This document shows positions 1-9,536 of a stretch of DNA of 64,000 bases, one piece after another. Origin of the DNA: Candidatus Aenigmatarchaeota archaeon (lineage in GTDB: Archaea; Aenigmatarchaeota; Aenigmatarchaeia; CG10238-14; SCSR01); contig JAWBWS010000001.1 in assembly GCA_038999725.1 (NCBI GenBank), positions 96,001 through 160,000 on the forward strand, read 5' to 3'. The notes under the pieces were generated by a model. That model did no database searches, was not told the origin of the DNA, and worked only from the letters and a program-made list of their open reading frames with translations. Each line of letters starts with the position of its first letter. Within the stretch, counting starts at the first letter, position 1. The position numbers and the translations under genes were made by a program.

Positions 1-2
1 AT

Positions 3-461
3 AGAAAATTAGCTAACATTGGTTGTGCTGGAACTAGAAATGGTCTTAAAACCACCTTAGATAAAGCTTTTGAATGGTTTCTTGAGGAAACTGGTGCTAA
101 ACCCTTAGTCATCATGAAGTATCCTGTGACTATGTACAATAAAATCAGCAATTTGATTTACAGAGATGGAGATAAAATTGTGGTTAAAGTTGGGGAGAGG
201 GCTGGTCTTGTTAACCCGCTGACCGGAGAGGGAATTTATCATGCGATAAGAAGTTCAGAAATATTGAGTGAATGTATAGGGGACGATATTTTTTCATACC
301 AGAAAAAGGTTGAGGATGAATTTAGAAAAGAACTCACGATTTCCAAATTCTTGGTCGGTTCTTTTCCAATAATACCAAATTCTCTAAAAATTTTTTTATT
401 AAAACACACCGTGAAAATTATGTTCCCGTCTACTAAAATCATTGAAGAGTCTAGAAATTAA
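3..461 (+). CDS. Geranylgeranyl reductase-family FAD-dependent oxidoreductase, 5'-truncated by the window edge
   Basis: Frame is open from position 3 (RKLANIGCAG...). VGERAGLVNPLTGEGIYHAI matches the GD(A)AG-xxP-xxGeGI motif of this family. Confidence 0.75.
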   Translation, partial: RKLANIGCAGTRNGLKTTLDKAFEWFLEETGAKPLVIMKYPVTMYNKISNLIYRDGDKIVVKVGERAGLVNPLTGEGIYHAIRSSEILSECIGDDIFSYQKKVEDEFRKELTISKFLVGSFPIIPNSLKIFLLKHTVKIMFPSTKIIEESRN

Positions 462-462
462 A

Positions 463-1107
463 TTATTTTTCTATCAATTCAACAAAAACCACTGGTCCCA
501 AATTTTTCTTGATTATTCTTCCGTCTTTAGCTTTTTCCAGACAAATCAAATCTTGTTTGTAAGTTGGCCCCAAAGGTGTGACTAAAATTCCTCCCGGCTT
601 AAGCTGATCAATCCAAGCTTTTGGTATTCTTTCCTTGGGAGCAGCACTTGAAACTATTTTATCAAATGGAGCATACTTTGGTAAGCCTTTTGAACCATCT
701 CCCAAGATAAGCTTGACTTTGTCCCAATATCCTGTTCTCTTCAAATTTTTCTTTGCAAACTCGTAGGTTTCTGGGATTATTTCTATTCCATAAACTTCCC
801 CCTTTTCACCAACAATTTCTTTCATGTAAGCTAATAAAATTCCTGAACCAGCACCAATCTCAAGGACTTTTTCTCCAGGCTTGAGCTTTAAGGCCGAAAG
901 GAAGATTGCATGTATATGCTCTGCCGAAATTGTAACATTCCCCGGAATTGGTAGAGGTGTGTTTGAATAGGTTTGATCTCTATATTCTGGAGGAACAAAA
1001 TCTTCCCTTTTAACCTTAAGCATTGCCCTCTTAACAGCAGGATATTTTATGTAGCCACAATTCTCCAAGAATTGAATCATCTCCTTTCTCTGTTTATCCA
1101 AGTCCAC
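463..1107 (-). CDS. pcm: Protein-L-isoaspartate O-methyltransferase
   Basis: VKREDFVP, TISA, VLEIGAGSG SAM motif, GDGSKG..APFD, QLKPGG, VVFVEL. Probable GTG start at 1107 (track start 1137). Confidence 0.93.
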   Translation of the reverse strand: MDLDKQRKEMIQFLENCGYIKYPAVKRAMLKVKREDFVPPEYRDQTYSNTPLPIPGNVTISAEHIHAIFLSALKLKPGEKVLEIGAGSGILLAYMKEIVGEKGEVYGIEIIPETYEFAKKNLKRTGYWDKVKLILGDGSKGLPKYAPFDKIVSSAAPKERIPKAWIDQLKPGGILVTPLGPTYKQDLICLEKAKDGRIIKKNLGPVVFVELIEK

Positions 1108-1139
1108 ATTTATTATTTGGAAAAAAATAAATTTCATTT

Positions 1140-1958
1140 ATGCAGAGCCCTGAGCAAGTTGTTAACAGAATAAAGTCTGTCCAAGTTCAAGGTGCAAAAG
1201 AAATAGCTCTTTATTCTTTAAGATATTTAAGAAAGTTTTGTGAAAAATATGGTTTTGGATTGAAGTTTGAAGTCGTTGCTATGATGCTTGAAAATGCTAG
1301 ACCAACCGCTGTTGTTTTACACAATTGCTTAGAAATTCTCAAAAAAGAGAGGAAACTTAGAACAATCGACAAGCTTATAAAAGAATTACAAGAATCCACA
1401 AAAAAAATAGCAAAGATTGGACAAAAAATAGTAAAGAATAATCAAAAAATTTTGACTCATTGCCACTCGGGAGAAGCCTTATCTATAATAAAAGAAGCTG
1501 CAAGACTTGGTAAAAAAATCTCTGTTTATGCAACAATTACAGAACCTTTAAAGCAAGGTATCAAAACAGCCCGAGAGCTGGCAAGAGAAAAAATTCCTGT
1601 AACTTTGGGTGAAGACATAGCTGTAGGTCATTTGATGTATTATGCTGATATTATAATCGTGGGCTCTGACGCCATCAGGAAAGAAGGTTTTGTCAATAAA
1701 GTTGGTACTTGGTTAATAGCAGAAGAAGCTAAAAGACATAAAAAACCTTTTTATGTGGTCGGGAGCCATTTCAAGTTCGACTCTAGAAAGAAGCTTGTAC
1801 TTGAAGAAAGACCTGCTTCTGAAATTTTACCAAAACCGATAAGAGGGGTGAAGGTTAGAAATCCTGCTTTTGATCTTGTACCTTGGAGTTATGTCACAGC
1901 TGTAATAACTGATAAAGGGATTTTTAAACCGGAAAAAATAAAAGAGATGATAAGATGA
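1140..1958 (+). CDS. Ribose-1,5-bisphosphate isomerase (eIF2B alpha/beta/delta family)
   Basis: VQGA, ARPTAV, LTHCHS, NKVGT, NPAFD motifs; co-operonic with RuBisCO and AMP phosphorylase. Confidence 0.9.
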   Translation: MQSPEQVVNRIKSVQVQGAKEIALYSLRYLRKFCEKYGFGLKFEVVAMMLENARPTAVVLHNCLEILKKERKLRTIDKLIKELQESTKKIAKIGQKIVKNNQKILTHCHSGEALSIIKEAARLGKKISVYATITEPLKQGIKTARELAREKIPVTLGEDIAVGHLMYYADIIIVGSDAIRKEGFVNKVGTWLIAEEAKRHKKPFYVVGSHFKFDSRKKLVLEERPASEILPKPIRGVKVRNPAFDLVPWSYVTAVITDKGIFKPEKIKEMIR

Positions 1959-3175
1959 AATATTCAGACTATCTGGACTTCAAATATAAGCCTGGAAAAA
2001 ATGATTTGATTTGTTGTTTTAGAGTTGAACCTGAAAAGGGAGAAAGTATAAAAGAGGTGGCAGGAGCTATTGCTGCTGAAAGTAGCATAGGAACTTGGAC
2101 TGAAGTTTCAACAAAACCATATGTAAAGAAATTAGCTGCAAGAGTTTTTGAAATAAAAGAAGATTTTGTGAAAATAGCTTACCCGCTTGACTTGTTTGAA
2201 CCAGGAAACTTACCAAGCATCTTGAGTGGAATTGCTGGGAATATTTTTGGTATGAAGCATCTGAAAAATTTAAAGTTGGTTGATGTGAAATTTCCAGAAA
2301 AAATTTTAAAAAGTTTTAAAGGACCTAAGTATGGGATAGAAGGAATAAGAAAGATTTTAAAAGTGAGGGGAAGACCATTGATAGGAACTATAATCAAGCC
2401 TAAGATTGGTCTTAAAAGTGACGATCATGCAAAAGTTGCTTACGAAGCTTGGGTTGGTGGTTGTGATCTTGTCAAGGATGATGAAAATTTGAGCTCTCAA
2501 AAATTCAATAAATTTGAAGAGAGGTTGAAAAAGACTTTTAAGATGAAGGAAAAAGCAGAAAGAGAAACTGGAGAAAAGAAGGCTTACATGATAAACATAA
2601 CAGCTGAAACTGAAGAAATGATCAAAAGGGCAAAAATTGTTGAAGAAATTGGAAATGAATATGTGATGATTGACGTTATTACAGTTGGGTGGTCTGCCTT
2701 ACAGACTTTAAGAAATAAAGATTTTGATCTTGTGCTTCACGGTCATAGAGCTGGACATGCTATCATAACAAAAAACCCAAAACATGGGATTTCTATGAAG
2801 GTTTTGGCAAAGCTTATGAGGATTATTGGCATTGATCAATTACATGTTGGTACTGGAGTTGGAAAGATGTTTGAAAGTAAAGAAGAAGTGTTGGAAAATT
2901 GTAGGGTTTTGAAAGAAAAGATGTGGAAATTTAAGCCTGTGATGCCTGTTGCTTCTGGTGGTCTTCATCCTGCCTTAATTCCAAAAATTGTTGAAATTTT
3001 TGGAAAAAATGTTGTTATTCAAGCTGGTGGTGGAATACATGGTCACAAGCTCGGTACAAGAGCAGGGGCGATTGCCATGAGACAAGCAATTGATGCTGTA
3101 GAAAGAGGAATTCCTTTGAAAAAATATGCGGCAAGCCATAAAGAGCTTAAAGTTGCCTTAGAGGGGTTTAAATGA
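1955..3175 (+). CDS. rbcL: Form III RuBisCO large subunit
   Basis: AAESSIGTWT, IKPKIGL, GGCDLVKDDENL (catalytic KDDE), HRAGH, loop-6 GKM, SGGLHP, GGGIHGH. Confidence 0.97.
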   Translation: MKYSDYLDFKYKPGKNDLICCFRVEPEKGESIKEVAGAIAAESSIGTWTEVSTKPYVKKLAARVFEIKEDFVKIAYPLDLFEPGNLPSILSGIAGNIFGMKHLKNLKLVDVKFPEKILKSFKGPKYGIEGIRKILKVRGRPLIGTIIKPKIGLKSDDHAKVAYEAWVGGCDLVKDDENLSSQKFNKFEERLKKTFKMKEKAERETGEKKAYMINITAETEEMIKRAKIVEEIGNEYVMIDVITVGWSALQTLRNKDFDLVLHGHRAGHAIITKNPKHGISMKVLAKLMRIIGIDQLHVGTGVGKMFESKEEVLENCRVLKEKMWKFKPVMPVASGGLHPALIPKIVEIFGKNVVIQAGGGIHGHKLGTRAGAIAMRQAIDAVERGIPLKKYAASHKELKVALEGFK

Positions 3176-3450
3176 AAAAACATCTATTTATATTGGTGTT
3201 ACTTTTTGTGTCGGCTTTTTCAGTTATAGTTTTCCATAAACTAACAAAAAATATTTGTGTTTTTGACTTGGAGTGTAAGTGGAAAATAACAAATTGCTGC
3301 CCTGAGAGTATGGGAGCAAAATGGGAATGTGTAAACATAAAATCTTTTAATGAACTTGAATGCCCAAAATATGTGATTTGCCCGCAATTTTTATCTCCAA
3401 AACCAAATTTATCTTGTAAGTGTGAAAGGGGAGGTTGTGTGGTAAGATGA
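3172..3450 (+). CDS. Small membrane-anchored protein with 10 Cys, function unknown
   Basis: N-terminal hydrophobic helix followed by 10 Cys; ATGA overlaps with both neighbours. Confidence 0.75.
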   Translation: MKKHLFILVLLFVSAFSVIVFHKLTKNICVFDLECKWKITNCCPESMGAKWECVNIKSFNELECPKYVICPQFLSPKPNLSCKCERGGCVVR

Positions 3451-4988
3451 AAGTGAAGGTAAAAATCTTGGAGCTTGAAACAGGTGGCAAACCCATACTC
3501 ATAGTTAACAAGGAAGATGCTGAAGAGTTGGGGATAAGAAGCTTGTCTAGAGTTGTGATAAAAAAGGGGGGAAGAAAGTTAACTGGAATAGTCAACATAA
3601 CCACAAAACTTGTTGATCAAGGGAAGATTGGTGTTAGTGAAAGTGTTGCCAAAAATTTGAATTTAACCAACAGGGATGAAGTAGAAATTGAAGTTGCAAG
3701 ATTTCCCTCTTCCCTCCAACACATTAAAAATAAACTCAAGGGAAAAAAGTTGAGTTATGAAGAAATTTTTGAAATAGTTAGGGATGTTGTTGAAGGAAAT
3801 TTGAGTGAAGCTGAAATTGCCTCTTTTGTTGTTGCTTTGGAAACAAAAGGTTTAGATTTGGATGAAGCAGCAAGCTTATCTTTAGCAATGGTTGAAACTG
3901 GAAGAAAGCTTGAACTTAAGAAGAAAGTTATAGTTGATAAACATAGCATAGGGGGGATTGCTGGGGATAAAACTACTCTGCTTGTTGTGCCTATTGTTGC
4001 AGCTGCTGGCTTAACTATACCGAAGACTTCCTCTCGAGCTATAACAGGAGCTGCTGGAACTGCTGATAGGGCTGAATGTTTGATGCCTGTCAATTTAAGC
4101 ATAGAGGAGATGAAGAAGGTTATCGAAAAAACAAATGGTTGTATAGCTTGGGGTGGAGCTCTGCATTTAGCTCCTGCTGATGATGTGTTCATCCAAGCAG
4201 AATATTCTTTAACCATAGACCCATTACTTTTACCTTCTATAATGGCAAAGAAAAAGGCTGTTGGCGCCAAATTCTTGGTTGTTGACATACCAACAGGAAG
4301 AGGAGCAAAGATGAAAACCATAGGGGATGCTAGCTTGCTTGCAAAAGACTTCATCGAGCTTGGTAAACGATTGGAAATAAAAACTAGATGTGCTATAACA
4401 GATGGTGAGCAACCTCTAGGCTATGCAATTGGTCCTGCCTTGGAAGCAAAAGAAGCTCTAGAAGTTTTAATGGGAAGAAAAGTTCAAGATCTTGTAGATA
4501 AAGCTGCTCACCTAGCAGGAATTTTGTTTGAGATGGTTGGGAAGAAAAATGGTTATAAGTTAGCTCTTGAAATCTTGAAATCTGGAAAAGCTGAAAGAAA
4601 GATGAGGGAAATAATTGCAGTTCAAGGAGGGAATGAAAATATAAAACCAGAGGAAATTCAGGTAGGAGCAAACAAACTTGATATAATAGCTGAAAAAAGT
4701 GGTATAGTCCTTTGGCTTAATAATGCTGGAATAAATGAAGTTGCAAGAGCTGCAGGATCACCAAAAGATAAAGGTGCTGGCATATTGCTTTATAAGAAGC
4801 TGAATGACAAAGTCTCTAAAGGCGAAAAATTGTTGACAATATATGCAGAAAAATCAAGAAAGCTGGAGAGGGCGAGAGAAGTTTTTGAAGAGGGGAATGT
4901 AATTGGTATTGGTGATAGGAGAGAAATGTTAATTCAACAAATAGAAGAAATTCCAGTACACAAAAAGACTTTCATCCTTGAAAGATAA
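3447..4988 (+). CDS. deoA: AMP phosphorylase
   Basis: DKHSIGG, KTSSRAITGAAGTAD, IMAKKKAVG, GPALEA, plus the N-terminal beta domain. ATG at 3447 overlaps the upstream stop. Confidence 0.95.
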   Translation: MKVKVKILELETGGKPILIVNKEDAEELGIRSLSRVVIKKGGRKLTGIVNITTKLVDQGKIGVSESVAKNLNLTNRDEVEIEVARFPSSLQHIKNKLKGKKLSYEEIFEIVRDVVEGNLSEAEIASFVVALETKGLDLDEAASLSLAMVETGRKLELKKKVIVDKHSIGGIAGDKTTLLVVPIVAAAGLTIPKTSSRAITGAAGTADRAECLMPVNLSIEEMKKVIEKTNGCIAWGGALHLAPADDVFIQAEYSLTIDPLLLPSIMAKKKAVGAKFLVVDIPTGRGAKMKTIGDASLLAKDFIELGKRLEIKTRCAITDGEQPLGYAIGPALEAKEALEVLMGRKVQDLVDKAAHLAGILFEMVGKKNGYKLALEILKSGKAERKMREIIAVQGGNENIKPEEIQVGANKLDIIAEKSGIVLWLNNAGINEVARAAGSPKDKGAGILLYKKLNDKVSKGEKLLTIYAEKSRKLERAREVFEEGNVIGIGDRREMLIQQIEEIPVHKKTFILER

Positions 4989-5006
4989 AAAAAGAAAGGG
5001 AAAAGC

Positions 5007-5288
5007 TTACTTTGCAAGAGTTATTGTTATTGTTGAAACATTGATCTTCGTCTTGTCTTCAAGCTCCTTTTCTTCAGTCCCTATTTCAATGTGTTTGACT
5101 TTTGCATCTGGAACAAATCTCTTGGTAACAATCTCTGCTACATCCACTGCTCTAGAAATAGCCTTTCCTCTTGCTTTTACCTGTACTTCCTTCTTGCCGT
5201 TGTTGAACTGGGTTATCACAGCCAACACATAAGCCATGGAAGGCTTCTTACCGACGAAGATCACATTGTCTTCTGACTTTTCTGCCAT
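5007..5288 (-). CDS. albA: DNA/RNA-binding protein Alba
   Basis: [33 protein letters not shown]. Confidence 0.97.
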   Translation of the reverse strand: MAEKSEDNVIFVGKKPSMAYVLAVITQFNNGKKEVQVKARGKAISRAVDVAEIVTKRFVPDAKVKHIEIGTEEKELEDKTKINVSTITITLAK

Positions 5289-5295
5289 TCAATCA

Positions 5296-5302
5296 CACCT
5301 CC
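5296..5302 (-). promoter_or_regulatory. Shine-Dalgarno site of albA
   Basis: GGAGGTG on the minus strand, 7 nt upstream of the ATG. Confidence 0.75.
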
Positions 5303-5360
5303 TGTTTTTGAGAGTTGTTTATTTAGGTTAATTAAATTTAGTTTAGAAATATTTAAAAGC

Positions 5361-6608
5361 TTATTCACAACCTGTACACCAATCTCCATGTGGGCATATA
5401 CAATTACCATTGGACTCTATGCAAGATGTTTCCTTATAACAGTTACTTGACTTTAGCTTAACCATAGCGTGAACGCTGAAAGTCAAATGTCTGTCACCTG
5501 AAACTGAAAGCAAATATTTATTATCGGTGCAAGAGAAAACTGCCTCCATTGAGCCTTTTGTCTCGGCCCAAGCTTTACACTTTTTGTTCGAACAAATGTC
5601 AGAAAAATAAATTTGGCTTTTCGGTTTTTGGAAGAAAGAAATTGATAATGGGATATAACCTAAGCTCTTACTCTCCCTCATTCCAAAGAGAATGGATTTA
5701 GAGCATAGTTCTCCTGATGCTTCTACAAAACAATTGTTGCAAGCAGGTGCATCTTCCCAATTCATGCATCCAAATGTGGTAGAACAAGGTACAAGCTCAT
5801 GATAGCAACCTATCAGATTTGTTGTACATTTAACATACTCATCAAAAGAATCTTGCAAAATTTTTCTCGCATCTTCAATCACATTCTCCAAACATAACTG
5901 AAATTCTGGGCAAGTTGATGAGCAAAATGCACAACCTCCAATATAATTAGAATTTCCACAAGCACATATTTCTGAAAGACAGTTACACACACCTCTAACC
6001 AAAATTTCTGACCCAAGAGGTAACCACTCCCTAAATTTCCTGTACATGTACCAAAACCTGTTCTGTGCTATTTGCTCATAAACCTCATTTGAAGATGTGA
6101 CAGAATTTTCTTCAAGTGTTATGTTAATTTTACTGCCGTAAGCACCAACACTAAATTTTTCATCATTATCTCCAGAAAGCACAGAAATTTCATTTACATC
6201 ATAATCAACACAAGTTGAGCTTGTTATGTTTATGACTGGTAAATCTTGAAGCTTAAAATTTCTCAGGTATTCATTTAAACTCCTCCTTGTTTCTTCTGAA
6301 AGGAAAAATCTTACTTCATCCACTTTTGGCGAAACATCACCATTGCAGATCCAACTTCTTGGAAAGCCTGAACTGCTTGTCTGTCCACCTTGACCTGCAA
6401 CATATTTTGTCTCAGCATAGACAGCAAAGATAAGGGCATTTCTCGTGAATCCCTTAACATAATCCAGATATTTTGAAATTTTGGAAAGTATTGTCTCTTG
6501 AATAATCCTTTGGGATGAAGTTGTGGTAGAAAATGTTGATATCAACCAAAAGATGAAAAAAACTGCTACAAGAAAAACCAAAACTAACAGACTCGATTGA
6601 GATTTCAT
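5361..6608 (-). CDS. Pilin-like protein with Cys-rich C-terminal domain
   Basis: MKS|QSS plus hydrophobic helix (class III-like signal peptide); many Cys in the C-terminal half; last gene of the pilin operon. Confidence 0.65.
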   Translation of the reverse strand: MKSQSSLLVLVFLVAVFFIFWLISTFSTTTSSQRIIQETILSKISKYLDYVKGFTRNALIFAVYAETKYVAGQGGQTSSSGFPRSWICNGDVSPKVDEVRFFLSEETRRSLNEYLRNFKLQDLPVINITSSTCVDYDVNEISVLSGDNDEKFSVGAYGSKINITLEENSVTSSNEVYEQIAQNRFWYMYRKFREWLPLGSEILVRGVCNCLSEICACGNSNYIGGCAFCSSTCPEFQLCLENVIEDARKILQDSFDEYVKCTTNLIGCYHELVPCSTTFGCMNWEDAPACNNCFVEASGELCSKSILFGMRESKSLGYIPLSISFFQKPKSQIYFSDICSNKKCKAWAETKGSMEAVFSCTDNKYLLSVSGDRHLTFSVHAMVKLKSSNCYKETSCIESNGNCICPHGDWCTGCE

Positions 6609-6609
6609 C

Positions 6610-8142
6610 TCACCACACCTTTAAATGTAAGTAAATTATTTCTCCTCTCCAACTTGGTATTGGGATTGGGGCGAAAAATGTTGTAATCCTGTCTGTAGGC
6701 TTTGGTTTATAGCCAAACTCAACACTCTTTCCTGTTGTTATTGGAGGAGTATTGTAACTAGTGAAAAAGTTGTAAACATAGTGCCCTGAACCAAATTTAT
6801 TACTTATTTCAAGTTTAAGGTTCCTATCAAATCTTTGAATCTCGGTATTTAAACATGTAACCCAAATTTTGCCCAAGATGTCTATCCCCACCCCCGTTGG
6901 TTCTCTGCAAGTTTTGCTCCTGTCCAATTCATTACCATCTTTATCATATTTCACTATCAAGTCTTTTTCTGAAGAAACTGCATAGATGTTTTCCTCACCA
7001 TCTACCATTACTCCTCTACCTTTCCTTAATTCTGGTTTTTCTAGATTAAAGATGACTGAGCCTGTAGTTGTGTTGAGTTTTATTAGTCTTGAATCAGTCC
7101 AAGAATTAATTACAATACAATCTTCAGAATAGCATGGTGCTATTCCATACACCATATACCCTATATCTATTGGCTTAAAAATCTCAGTTGAAGGATTAAA
7201 CCCAAGTAATTTTTTTTGGTTAACAGCAGAAATCCAAACTATTCCATCTTTATCAACAAAACAACCATAAGGATTGACCCAAAGCTGAGCTAAATCCCAT
7301 TCATCTAAAATTTTACCGTCAATCGAAACTTTGAAGAATTTTTTCTCTCTATACAAACCAACATAAACAACATTTTCTTTTTCACTGAAACAAACTGCTC
7401 TAACACCTTCTGCCCCGAAATTTCCATAATCATTGCCCCCTAAAAAAACTTCTGCCAAAAGACATTCGTCCTCACCAAAGGGAAGAACCTCATTATCATC
7501 TATGATGCCATTGTTATTCAAATCTTCTGAAGTTTCAATTTTTCCATCACCATTCCTATCAACACATTGACCATTCTCTTTTAGACCAATCTTCACCAAA
7601 GTTCTTGTTCCTCTGTTACCAACCCACACATTCCCCTCTTTGTCTATAGATACTCTAGAGGGATTGCCATTTTTACCTTTTGGTACAGTATAATATCTCC
7701 CAAGCTCTCTTCCGTCAAGAATAGAAACTTTTGAAACAGAGTTACCAGAATCGGAATTTGGTATCCAGAGTACATGAAAAACTTCGGTCTTTGCTGTAAG
7801 ATTTAAGTTCCACTTATCTTGAAAGTGGAAATCGAAATACTCGTAAATCAATTTTGTCACATTTATTCCACCGTATTTTTCCCCGTAATTCACAATATCT
7901 TCTCCACCGTTAACAATCATATCACCAAGCATTTGGCCATAAGTTTTGTCGAATTTTGGAATTTTTATGTAAAAGAAGTTTCTTACAGCTTCAACCACCC
8001 TTTCATATTGGTATTGGGCGGAAACCATAGCCATAGATTCTTGACTCCTTGAAGAAGAAAAAAAGTAAGTGATGAAAAATAAGATTGAAACACCAACAAC
8101 TAAAATTAATAGATCCATTAATTCTGTGGTCTGGGCTTTCAC
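6610..8142 (-). CDS. Pilin-like protein with inserted beta-propeller (NHL/Vgb-like) and Dx[DN]xDG Ca-binding loops
   Basis: GTG start at 8142 (GTGA overlap, GGTGA upstream) gives MKA|QTTE plus helix. Blade repeats (IDKEGNVWV, VDKDGIVWI, VDGEENIYA, IDILGKIWV) and DRNGDGKIETSEDLNNNGIID. Confidence 0.75.
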   Translation of the reverse strand: MKAQTTELMDLLILVVGVSILFFITYFFSSSRSQESMAMVSAQYQYERVVEAVRNFFYIKIPKFDKTYGQMLGDMIVNGGEDIVNYGEKYGGINVTKLIYEYFDFHFQDKWNLNLTAKTEVFHVLWIPNSDSGNSVSKVSILDGRELGRYYTVPKGKNGNPSRVSIDKEGNVWVGNRGTRTLVKIGLKENGQCVDRNGDGKIETSEDLNNNGIIDDNEVLPFGEDECLLAEVFLGGNDYGNFGAEGVRAVCFSEKENVVYVGLYREKKFFKVSIDGKILDEWDLAQLWVNPYGCFVDKDGIVWISAVNQKKLLGFNPSTEIFKPIDIGYMVYGIAPCYSEDCIVINSWTDSRLIKLNTTTGSVIFNLEKPELRKGRGVMVDGEENIYAVSSEKDLIVKYDKDGNELDRSKTCREPTGVGIDILGKIWVTCLNTEIQRFDRNLKLEISNKFGSGHYVYNFFTSYNTPPITTGKSVEFGYKPKPTDRITTFFAPIPIPSWRGEIIYLHLKVW

Positions 8143-9536
8143 ACAATCACCTTTAAAGTATCGTCTTGATTTTTGGTGTAAACCTTGTATTTCCCAGGCG
8201 AAAGATTGAAAGATTCTATTTTTTTGTTGCAACCAAGTCTTTGGCAAATTTTCTTTCCCCCAATTTCTAGACATATTTTATTTACAGAAGATTCAAAAGA
8301 AAGTGGATAATGAAAGGTGAATGTATCTTGAAAATCTGTGTTTGTTAAACAACTCTTGTCTAAGAAACCTCTGAACTCTTCTAGCTCTCCGTCCACAATT
8401 GTTATAGTTATCTTTCCGGGGATTATCGTTGTTTCATCGACTAGAACATTTATTGGAGAGGAAATCGAAATAACTTGCCTTAAAGCTTCCTTTTCTGAAA
8501 ATTCCTCATCACCAAAACTCCATATCATGGGGGGAATTTCCACATCAAGATATTCTTTTGATTTTGAGACAAGCTCTTCACATGTTCTTGCATCAAAGAA
8601 TTGGCCATTGGTTAGTGATGCTATTTCTTCTAGTATTACCACATCCGCATCTGAACCATATGCAACTGTGTAAACTGGAATACCTGTGAATATATAGCTC
8701 TTCGAAACTTGGATGCTCGAGCCACATATGTTTTCTATTCCGTCAGTGAGCAAAACTATGGCTTGACCGCCATTTGATGTAGCATATTCGAACCCCTTTT
8801 TAAGGCCAGAAGCCATGGGCGTGGAATCGAGGGGATTGAGTGAAGAAATTTTAGCTTTAAGACTATTCCTTATTTGCAAGTTATTCAATTTTGTGAAGGG
8901 GAAAAGCAATTTTGGATTACAACTATTTTCATCTCCATAAGGAATTACGGCAATTTCACTTTCATCACTCATTTTTTCAATAAAGCCATACATGAAAAGT
9001 TTTAAACAACAGATTTTTGTGTCTTTAAGCACATCAGCATCACATTTACCACCAAAGTCAAACATACTTCCCGAGACATCTAGAACAAAAACCACTTTTT
9101 TACCATCTATTAGAGAAAATAATTTTTTGAAGACAGCTCCCTCGAAATTACTCCCTCTTATAAGTTCAAAAGAACTTATGTTTAAAGGAAGTGTCTCTAT
9201 TTTAACCTTATACCCAAACTCAAAATCCCTTGCACATGTGGGTTGCATGTCTTTGAATTTCAAGAAGTAGTCGAGTTTTTCCTTATCTAAAATTCTATGG
9301 GAACTAAGGTTTATTGCTCTTTTCTCCACACCACCTTTTTCCTTGTAGGCTAAGCAATTGATATTGCCTGTAAGAATATCCAACAATCTATTTGCCCTTT
9401 CTGTGAGCAACAGGCTCTTTTCTTGTTTAACAGAAATGAGGTTGGAGTAAAAAATTTCGTTGAGAAAAATTGCTATGGTAACTAAAACCAAAATAATGTA
9501 AATTCCCTTTATGAGCAAACTTGTTTGACCCCTCAT
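8139..9536 (-). CDS. Pilin-like protein with inserted von Willebrand factor A domain
   Basis: MRG|QTS plus helix; MIDAS residues FVLDVSGSM, STPM, VLLTDG; PVYTVAYG; IASLTNGQFF. Confidence 0.85.
   Translation of the reverse strand: MRGQTSLLIKGIYIILVLVTIAIFLNEIFYSNLISVKQEKSLLLTERANRLLDILTGNINCLAYKEKGGVEKRAINLSSHRILDKEKLDYFLKFKDMQPTCARDFEFGYKVKIETLPLNISSFELIRGSNFEGAVFKKLFSLIDGKKVVFVLDVSGSMFDFGGKCDADVLKDTKICCLKLFMYGFIEKMSDESEIAVIPYGDENSCNPKLLFPFTKLNNLQIRNSLKAKISSLNPLDSTPMASGLKKGFEYATSNGGQAIVLLTDGIENICGSSIQVSKSYIFTGIPVYTVAYGSDADVVILEEIASLTNGQFFDARTCEELVSKSKEYLDVEIPPMIWSFGDEEFSEKEALRQVISISSPINVLVDETTIIPGKITITIVDGELEEFRGFLDKSCLTNTDFQDTFTFHYPLSFESSVNKICLEIGGKKICQRLGCNKKIESFNLSPGKYKVYTKNQDDTLKVIV

Noticed and set aside
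3755..4354. Long antisense ORFs (also 32276-32695, 47774-48178, 38456-38872 and others)
   Set aside because: They are shadows on the opposite strand of well-supported genes.
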